64,000 bases of DNA from Eledone cirrhosa (taxonomy: Eukaryota), in assembly GCA_964016885.1 (NCBI GenBank), contig OZ024743.1, forward strand, positions 268,522,001 to 268,586,000, given 5' to 3'. A program made the translations under genes and the position numbers. Shown piece after piece: positions 53,559-64,000 of this stretch; position 1 is the first letter of the stretch; each line of letters begins with the position of its first letter. The notes under the pieces are model-generated. The model worked only from the letters and a program-made list of their open reading frames with translations, was not told the DNA's origin and made no database searches.

Positions 53559-54364
53559 GTGTGTGTTTAGGTCTCATAAGAACATGCGTGTGTTTTCTAG
53601 AGTTATGTTTGAGTCTGTGTCTGGATTTGTGTCCCATAAGTTAACATTTCGAAACAATATGATTCTTTAAGTAAGTACTATGCTTGAAAAATAAGTACTG
53701 GGTTGGATATGATCGACTAAATCGAGCAAGGCCGCAGACTGAAGACTGATACCTGCAAAAGAATAGAACGAATATAGGAATATTGTGGATCAAACGATGC
53801 ACAGAACGAAGAAGAAAATAGTCCAAACGTAACAATTCAAAAAAGGATAGCAAAAAGGTGAAAATAGAAAAACAATGAGTGAAAATATTTACTGACGTTT
53901 CGGGTTAAACCTTTTACCAAAACGGAAAAATACGAGAAAAGGTATAAGTAATAAGGAAAAGTATAGGTAAAATGCTGAGATTAAAAGACTTTGTGTTTCG
54001 AATGACGATATCCTCTATATATATATATATGTGTGTGGGGGGGGGGGGGTTATTTGTGTGCAGGTGTGTGGCGGCGGGGGGGGGGTATGTACGAATGAGT
54101 GTGTGTATATAAACATTTATATTCATATGTACTTATTGAGCTTTTACTGACACACATATTGACATTCGCTTATTTAGAAAAATATGCAATTTTTATATTA
54201 AAACATTTTCCTCTCCAAAGCAGGCATACTCACAGATATATCTCCTCAAACATACATATTACATAGGCCCGTATAAATATTCAGGTATATATATAATATA
54301 GACACACACAAACATACACACATATTTATATATATATATATATAGACACACACAAACATACACA

Positions 54365-54420
<56 letters not shown>

Positions 54421-54466
54421 GACACACACAAACACGCACAAATATTTATATATATATACGTGTATA

Positions 54467-54549
<83 letters not shown>

Positions 54550-54800
54550 ACACGCACAAATATTTATATATATATACGTGTATATATATATATATATATA
54601 TATATACATACATATATATATATATATAATAGACAGATTTAGGATTCCGTCGCCCGAGGCATCGTCTTGGCAATGTCAGAACAAATACATGTCTTTGATT
54701 TTTCAGGAATCAACTTACGAACAATATAGAGAAAACACTTCATAATACATAACAATATTGTCCACACAGACACAGACTCAGGCTTAGATACACACACACG

Positions 54801-55525
<725 letters not shown>

Positions 55526-56039
55526 ACACACACGCACGTATACACATGTGTGTTATCTTAATGTATCGAGATTAAGATATTTACGTCGTTTGCCTTATGT
55601 CTGGAAGGGGTTATATATCTATCCTTCTTTCGCCGGATAAAAAAGCTTAACTTCAATATTTATAGAATATGTTTATGTTTATATATCATTTTTACATTAT
55701 TTATAATTTTATTGTTTCCGTATTTTTATATCATTTTCTTAACCGCTACTTCGTTCACACGCCTTATGTATTTTTTCATTTCATTTTCTCCAAATATGTT
55801 TTCTATTTATATATAATGTTTTGCATTATTCCAATTATATTTTGTTTCCTTTTTCCTATTATCGTTTATATTTTTTGGTGTTTCAAAATACTTCTTATAT
55901 ATACGTTTCATGTATTTTAGATTCAGTGGTTATCAAATTTTTTATCTTTATTAATATGTTTATAATTTATTTCAATATTTTTATTGTTTATTATCGTTTT
56001 CATTTTTTTTTTCTTCTTACTCATCTTCCTTTTATTATT

Positions 56040-56470
56040 TGCCGCGAAGGATAGTTTTATCTGCCTCGTTGCCAGGGCGAAAGAAGTCGTGTGGTGGCTA
56101 AGATTGAATGGGATGCAGACAAACACTTTACTTTTTGGCGAAGTTCTGATTAACTTTTTCAGGTTTCACCTGAATAGGATAATCAGGGTGGAAAGGGAAG
56201 TGCTACCCTCTAACCAGTTTCTTGCAAGGTGGGTGCGAGTGGCGAGCATGGTCCTACTTTGAGTATGTGCCCGTAAATTGGAGGAGGACAAGCGATCAAG
56301 GTGACCATGGGTTTTGTGAGCTTTCTCAACTAGGGAGTCTCAAAACAAATTCTCCAATAGTGGAATGTTTTTAGATTTTGTTCCTAGTTATAACCTTTTT
56401 TACACTGTATCGTCTTGTGTCGTCTCTACTGTTTGCTTAATGACAGCCCTTTGTGGCAAATAAAGGAACT
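56040..56470 (+). pseudogene. Probable L1/Tx1-type LINE 3' end fragment
   Basis: AKEVVWWLR...FLARW C-terminal pattern, then a UTR ending in AATAAAG. Confidence 0.45.
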
Positions 56471-56484
56471 TTCATTATTGCTGC

Positions 56485-57680
56485 GTTGTATTGGCAGTGT
56501 CGGTAGAGCGTCTAAGGAGTTACTTTGCAGCATATAGTTACATCCTTTTATGTCTGAGTTCAAATCCCATCGATGTAGGGTTTGCATTTCATCCTTACGG
56601 TGTCGATGAAATAAAGTATCTGTAACGCACTGAGGTTAATTTAATTGACTTTCCCCTCCCTAAAATTGTTGGCTTTGTGCCTAAATCAAAAACCATTGTT
56701 ATTAGTTCAAAGCCCACCGAGGTTAGCTTTGCCTTCATGCTTACGGGGTCGATAAAATAAAGTACCAGTAATACATTCGGGTCGATTTAATCGACTTTCC
56801 CTTTCCCCAAAAATTGTTGGTCTTGGGCCTAAATCAGAAATTATTAAATTTTTATACATATTTTATTTCTATATTTCTTTATTGTTAAATTCGTTTTGTT
56901 ATTGTGCATTTTTACTCAGTCGGCCATTGTTCGTCTTATGGCCAATAAATGAAATCATTATTATGGATTGGCAGTATCGGTAGAGGGTCGGACGCCATGC
57001 TTTGAAGCATAGAGTTACCTCTCTGTATGATCTGAGTTCAAATCCCGCCGAGGTTAACTTTGCCTTTCATCCTTACGGGGTCGATAAAATAAAGTACCAG
57101 TAATGCACTGGGTAATTAATGGCCTTGTGCCAAAAAGTAGAAACAATTATTATTATTAGTATGTTTTGAAAGGGCGGTGGATTGGCAGTGTCGGTAGAGA
57201 GTCGGACATCATGATTTGCAGCATAGAGTTACGGTCTTTTACGGTCTGAGTTCAAATCCCGCTGAGGTTAACTCTGCCTTTCATCCTTACTGGGGAGATA
57301 AAATAAAGCACCAGTAACGTACTGGGGTCGATTTAACCGACTTTCCTCACCCCCAAAAATACTGGCCTTGTGCCTATACTATAAATCATTATTATCATGT
57401 TTTGAGGTTTCTAGATGAAAATCCCATGGTGATTCGTGACCGAAGAGAGTTTTACCTTTACTTTATATTTTTACGAAGGGTTGTGGATTGATGGCGTTAG
57501 GAGAGCGTCGGTAAACATGCTTGGCGATGTATTGTTACCACTGTAAATTTTCTGAGTTAAAATCCCGTCGATTTTATCTTAAGGGGCCGATAAAATAATG
57601 TACCAATAACGAACTGCCATTGATTTAAACGACATTATACTTACATACAAATTGCTGGCCTTGTGCCGAAAGTAGAAACA
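56485..57680 (+). mobile_element. Cluster of five SINE family A copies
   Basis: Copies at ~56485-56697, 56705-56841, 56965-57148, 57170-57390, 57477-57680. Confidence 0.88.
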
Positions 57681-58415
57681 GATATCATTTATCAATTATA
57701 TGATTTTCTCATTATATCATTTTTTCATTATATTTTCATATATTAATTCTTAATTTTTAGTTTGTTTATAACCACATTTTTTCTTTTGTTATTTTCGATT
57801 CGGATTCATAATTAATTGATTTTTGTCATATTTATATTTTTATTATTTTGTTTATATTTGTATTGTTTATTTATAATAGGATTCATATTTTTGTTGAATT
57901 TATATTTTATTCTATTTTATTCTATCATGTTTGTCATAAAAAATATGATATAATATTCTTTTTTCATTTTTTCATATTTTTACCTTTTTCTATATATTCA
58001 ACTTATTTAGTTTATATATTTTTTAAGCTTTTGTTACACTTCTAGTAATGTTTTATACAGTTTATATATTGTTTGTGCATTCTTTTATTTAATAAAATAT
58101 ATATAATTTTTTTTTCCAAGAAACAAAATATATGTATTTTTTTATCGCATCATTCATTTGATTCTCCTTCTATATCCCCATATCATATCCTGAATTTAAT
58201 TTGAAATTTAATTTTGATACCTATCTTTACGTTTTTCTTTTCCGTGTCACTTGTGCTTCGCTTCATAAGTGTTTAAAGGTTATCGCATACATTTCTCGCG
58301 GTATAATCATATATATATATATGCACACACACGCATACATATACATATATTTATTAATATATATACATACATACATACATACATACATACATACAAACAT
58401 ACATACATACATACA

Positions 58416-58449
<34 letters not shown>

Positions 58450-58639
58450 CATACATACATACATACATATAGTTAATAAATGAAACAGAACAAAACATGG
58501 GAAACAAAATTACACCGTTACATTAGGTTCAGGCTTGTTATCTCTGCTTATTCTCCTATTCTTAAATCCTCAGAAGTATGCCTGTATACAAACGGCAAAC
58601 AAATAACAAAGCAAGCGACACAGTACAATGAAGAAATAT

Positions 58640-59735
58640 ATTATTAGTTTTACGGTTGATATAGTAGGAAAAGAGTCTTAACGTTTCAGAAGCCAGTCTT
58701 TCATCAGAAAGTAGAATAAGAAATTAAAGAAGAAATAGAAAGATAGAGAAGAGTGGGCAGTGGCAGAAATGAAGAAATAAATCTTAAAGCAAAAACCGGT
58801 CTATTCAAGTCGCTATCCCTTGGAAAACTGTTGTGGTATGAGAAAATCAGTTAGTTTTGTTTTAAAAGGATGAGACCGAAGGCGTCTTGATGAAGTGTGA
58901 AAAACTCGTTTTGTATATAAAGCGTCTAGGTGTGCGTGTAATGGAAAACTAATGCTGATGGTGGTGTGGCGGTGGTGGGATGAGATTGCTTGTGGTACGG
59001 TCGGTTTCACCGGCGCGGATGAGGGGTGCTTGGATCATGGATCATGATGGCGGGATATCCACGCAGGATGAATTGAGGGTAGCATGTGTTGGGACTGGAT
59101 CACGAAATTGTGGACCTGGCTGCAGAGCCAATGAAGACAGAAGAATTGGCAGTATGGTATGGAGATTTTGGTGTAGATGGGATGGGAGAAGGTGAAGTCT
59201 AGGTAGGAGTGGAAATCAGTGGGTTTATAGAAGATGGAGGTAGGGAGTGTGTGGTGAGTGTGATTGATACAGGGAAAGGTGCCTAGAAATTGGACTGAAG
59301 ATTTGGAGACGGAGGTGGTAAAGGTGAGGGGAGGATGAACATAAGTCGAACTGTTCACGGGAGATAAAAGTGGCGCCGATTTAACCACCGTATAGCCTAG
59401 GGGTCGGATCAGTGTAGCGGGAGAACTTCAAGGCCTCAGCGTAGCCAACAGAAAGGTTTAGCATAGTTACCGCCCATTCTGATACTCGTGGCTGCCCCAG
59501 AGACCTATTGGTAAAACTCTCCGAAAAAGGAAAAAGCATTGAGAGTAAGAAGATGGTCAGCAAGACAGAGGAGAGTAGAAGTGATAGGGTAGCGTATAGG
59601 GCGTAGGTCTTTAAAATGTTGGAGAGCGTGGAGGACGCCATCGTGAGGGGTGGCGGTGTAGAGTGAGTTATGTGCAAGGTAAAGAGATTGCGAGAGTATC
59701 CAGAAATAAAGGTGAAGGGCATAATTAGTGCCATG
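58640..59735 (-). pseudogene. Decayed Penelope-like element fragment with degenerate HHR at 58672-58712
   Basis: LTFT...VQFL...IFYKPTDFHSYLDFTFSHP...SIPYCQF; downstream CUGAUGA...GAAACGUUA. Confidence 0.75.
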
Positions 59736-59736
59736 G

Positions 59737-59815
<79 letters not shown>

Positions 59816-61366
59816 AGTGGGAAACATCTTTACTTCCAAATCCCGACTATTCTCCGATTTGATCATTTTTTGTGAGTATTTTACATCTTGAAATACACGT
59901 GTTTTAAAATTACAACGCCTTCAATCCTACATCTTCCTAATTAGTATGTTCAATGCTGATAAGGAAATACGAGAAATCCTATCATATTATATGTCGAGGC
60001 CTACTTCGGTTCCGCCGACAAGTGGTCCTCTATGAACAGAGTAACAGCCTGTTCGTGAAATTAACTGCAAGTGGCTGCATATTAACCTATTCCCATAGAG
60101 AGTCAATGTGACACTGCGTAACATGACTGGCCCTTGCAATTACAGTTACAACTCAATCGTTTCCAGCTGGGTTGACTGGAGAAACTTAACATAAGTTATC
60201 TTGATCAACGAAACAGCCATATATTTGCCTTTTCAGCCGTAATGTCTCTTTTTATAAGAGTAATATATGATTTGCTGAAGATTTGCCTACCAATTCTTGC
60301 AGATCTATGGAACATGTAGAGTTCCCTTTATTTACTTCATACAAGCGGGCGAAGTAGAATTAATTAGAGCGTGGCAGTTGCTGATTCTTATAAACTTATC
60401 ATTGATGGTACGCATCATTTGTTGAGACTTTTGAGGCTGCAACTTTTCCTGTATGGATGCGAGTTTTATCTTTATTTCAAGTGAGTAATAGGAAGAAACC
60501 ATATACAGATATGACAGAGACTGTCACTCATGTACAGGTCAGTTTAGCCACTGGAGACGCTTCTCCAGCCAAGCTGACAACAGGAAATAGTTATGATCAG
60601 CTCTGACCGAAGGAGGCCTTAGTTAGATTAAGAATAAAGTAATTTCCTCGTGATCAATGCTCATCTTCTTGTGCTTGTGGTAGGTGACACATTTTAAACA
60701 CATCTGTCAGAATTCTAGCTTTGACAAATCGAATAGGAAAACAAACAGCTTTTAAACAACTAGCAATTGGTTTCATGAATTTTGATTTAAAAAATATTCA
60801 ATAACATTTTTTTCGATTTAATATACAAGTTATTAGCCAGAGTTTGTAGTTAGCTTTGGTTTACAGTTTGCATTTAAGGTTAAGAATTATTGTTTAAAAT
60901 TATAGTTGTGTTTCAGATTAATTAAAGTGGGAGTTTCAAGTCTAGCGTTATATGCTATGGTTACGATTTAGGATTTAATGTTAGTATTAAGTTTAACGCT
61001 CCAAATTATTGTGCGGGTTGTGATTTGCTTAGGTTTCGACTTCGGGTTAGGGTTCCTAATTAAGTGACAGGAGACAATTGGAAAGCTGTAGGTGTGTTGA
61101 AATTAATTTGTGCATGTAAATAATTCATATACTTAGCGTATGCGCAAAAAGTTTAATGAAACACGCAGCAAACCCGGCATATCCTTATCAGTTATATAAA
61201 AGAATATTTCTGTAGATATAACAGCCGTCTCACATCACGCCTTTAAATACCAGAAATAGCAAAACGTACGGACTATTAGTATTTATAACAGGTTGGAATA
61301 AAACAATAGTTGTTCGCAGGTGGAACTTAATTTGTATGACTAAAAAAAAATCCATTGAAATTAATA

Positions 61367-61455
61367 ATTGTTTCTACTTTTGGCACAAGGCCAGAAATTA
61401 ACCAGTTCATTACTGGTACATTATTTTATCGACCCGGTAAAGATGAAAGGCCGAA
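61367..61455 (-). mobile_element. Partial SINE family A
   Basis: Tail plus core. Confidence 0.65.
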
Positions 61456-61484
61456 ATTGCTGCAGTTATATCAATGTGTGGAAT

Positions 61485-61555
<71 letters not shown>

Positions 61556-61580
61556 GGTGGTGGTAGTAATAGTAGTAGTG

Positions 61581-61624
<44 letters not shown>

Positions 61625-61823
61625 TGTAGTAGTGGAGGTTGTGGTGGTGGTGGTGGTGGCGGTGGTAGTAGTAGTAGTGGTAGTAGTAGTGGTAGTAGTT
61701 GTAGTAGTGGTGGTCGTGGTGGTGGTGGTTGTGGTGGCGGCGGTGGTGGTAGTAGTAGTAGTAGTAGTGGTAGTAGTAGTGGTAGTAGTTGTAGTAGTGG
61801 TGGTTGTGGTGGTGGTGGTTGTG

Positions 61824-61876
<53 letters not shown>

Positions 61877-63391
61877 CGTGGTGTGGTAGCAGGTTGTGTT
61901 TGGTGACACTACAGATGTCTGGCGGAGAAGGCCTGATATACTTTATATTATAGGGGTTAGTAGTAATAATATCTGTGGTGGAGGATAGATTAAATGTGGT
62001 ATTGGTGGTGTTGGTGTGGGCCTGATTGTTGGAGTAGTGGTAGTGGTGGCAGTAGTAGTGGTAGTGGTGGTAGTAGTAGTGGTAGTGGTGGCAGTAGTAG
62101 TGGTAGTGGTGGTAGTAGTGGCAGTGGTGGTAGTAGTGGCAGTGGTAGTGGTGGCAGTAGTAGTGGTAGTGGTGGTAGTAGTAGTGGTAGTGGTGGCAGT
62201 AGTAGTGGTAGTGGTGGTAGTAGTGGCAGTGGTAGTGGTGGCAGTAGTAGTGGTAGTGGTGGTAGTAGTGGCAGTGGTAGTGGTGGTTGTGGTGGCGGCG
62301 GTGGTGGTAGTAGTAGTGGTAGTGGTGGCAGTAGTAGTGGTAGTGGTGGTAGTAGTGGCAGTGGTAGTGGTGGTAGTAGTGGCAGTGGTAGTGGTGGCAA
62401 TAGTAGTGGTAGTGGTGGCAGTAGTAGTGGTAGTGGTGGCAGTAGTAGTGGTAGTGGTGGTAGTAGTGGCAGTGATAGTGGTGGCAGTAGTAGTGGTAGT
62501 GGTGGTAGTAGTAGTGGTAGTGGTGGCAGTAGTAGTGGTAGTGGTGGTAGTAGTGGCAGTGGTAGTGGTGGCAGTAGTAGTGGTAGTGGTGGTAGTAGTG
62601 GCAGTGGTAGTGGTGGCAGTAGTAGTGGTGGCAGTAGTAATAGTAGTAGTGGCAGTAGTAGTGGTAGTGGTGGCAGTAGTAGTAGTAGTAGTGGCAGTAG
62701 TAGTGCTAATGGTGGCACTAGTAGTGGTATTGGTGCCTGTAGTAGTGGTAGTGGTAGCAGTATTAGTGGTAGTGGTGGCAGTTGTAGTGGTAGTGGTGGC
62801 AGTATTAGTGGTAGCGTTGGTAGTAGTAGTGATAGTGGTGGCAGTATAGTGGTAGTGGTGACAGTAGTAGTGGTAGTGGTGGCAGTAGTAGTGTTAGTGG
62901 TGGCAGTAGTGGCAGTGGTAGTGGTGCCAGTAGTAGTGGTAGTGGTAGAAGTATTAGTGGTAGTGGTGGCAGTTGTAGTGGTAGTGGTGGCAGTAGTAAA
63001 GGTAGTGGTGACAGTAGTAGTGGTAGTGGTGGCAGTAGTAGTGTTAGTGGTGGTAGTAGTGGCAGTGCTGGCAATAGTATTAGTAGTAGGTGTGGTGGCA
63101 GTAGTAGTGGTTGTGGTGTCAGTAGTAGTGTTGGCAGTAGTGGCAGTAGTAGTAGTAGTGGTGGTGGCAGTTGTAGTGGTTGTAGTGGCAGTAGTCGTGG
63201 TAGTGGTGGATGTAGTAGTGTTAGTGGTGGCAGTAGTAGTGGTAGTGGTGGCAGTAGTGGCAGTAGTAGTGGTAGTGGTGCCAGTAGTAGTGTTAGTGGT
63301 GGCACTAGTGACAGTAGTAGTGGTAGTGGTGGCAGTAGTGACAGTAGTAGTGGTAGTGGTGGCAGTAATAGTGTAGTGGTGGCGGAAGTGG

Positions 63392-63485
<94 letters not shown>

Positions 63486-63491
63486 GGTGGC

Positions 63492-63542
<51 letters not shown>

Positions 63543-63543
63543 G

Positions 63544-63591
<48 letters not shown>

Positions 63592-64000
63592 TAAGTAGTG
63601 TTGGCAGTAGTAGTAGTAGTGGTGACAGTAGTAGTGGTAGTGGTAGCAGTAGTAGTAGTATTAGTGGTGGTAGTAATAGTGGTGGCAGTTGTAGTAGTAG
63701 TAGTATTGTTGGCAGTAGTAGTAGTAGTAGCGGTGGCTGTAGTAGTAGTTGTGGTGGCAGTAGTAGTAGTAGTAGTGACAGTAGTAGTAGTCGTGGTGGC
63801 AGTAGTAGTAGTAGTGGTAGTGGTGGTGGCAGTAGTAGTAGTAGTAGTAGTGGTGGCAGTAGTATTGGCAGTGTTGGCAGTAGTAGTGGTAGTGGTGGCA
63901 GTAGTGGCAGTAGTAGTGGTAGTGGTGCCAGTAGTAGTGTTAGTGGTGGCAGTAGTACCAGTAGTAGTGGTAGTGGTGTCAGTAGTAGTGGTAGTGGTGG
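61485..64000. repeat. Complex (AGT/GGT/GGC)n trinucleotide array with 18-24-bp higher-order units
   Basis: Direct reading; runs off the window end. Confidence 0.93.

Noticed and set aside
61994-63376. 460-aa Gly/Ser/Val ORF as a structural protein gene
   Set aside because: The frame shifts from poly-GS to poly-V, several frames are open, and it lies inside a larger trinucleotide array

Overview
AT-rich, microsatellite-saturated eukaryotic DNA. It is most likely octopus/coleoid cephalopod, inferred from the SINE family, repeat landscape and TTAGGG repeats. I find no supportable host exon, so the window is intergenic or intronic. Recognisable elements: a near-intact RTE-type LINE (APE+RT, one late nonsense codon, 5' inversion); a near full-length Penelope-like element (PLE; RT+GIY-YIG) between pseudo-LTRs; an internally deleted mariner; several MITEs; fragments of RLE-, RTE- and L1/Tx1-type LINEs and other PLEs; about 20 copies of one tRNA-derived SINE; an interstitial telomeric tract; and large trinucleotide arrays. 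The most striking signal is not in the ORF track. About 20 type-I hammerhead ribozyme (HHR) motifs from several unrelated sequence families can be folded by eye. Many have palindromic stem-III loops, and several carry the compensatory U3-A8 core. They sit in short non-coding modules in or beside (TA)n tracts, arranged as near-perfect fold-backs or as ~315-333 nt tandem units, which suggests a diverse population of PLE pLTR or retrozyme-like elements. All folds are manual predictions and none is tested. Most short ORFs in the track are microsatellite artefacts.
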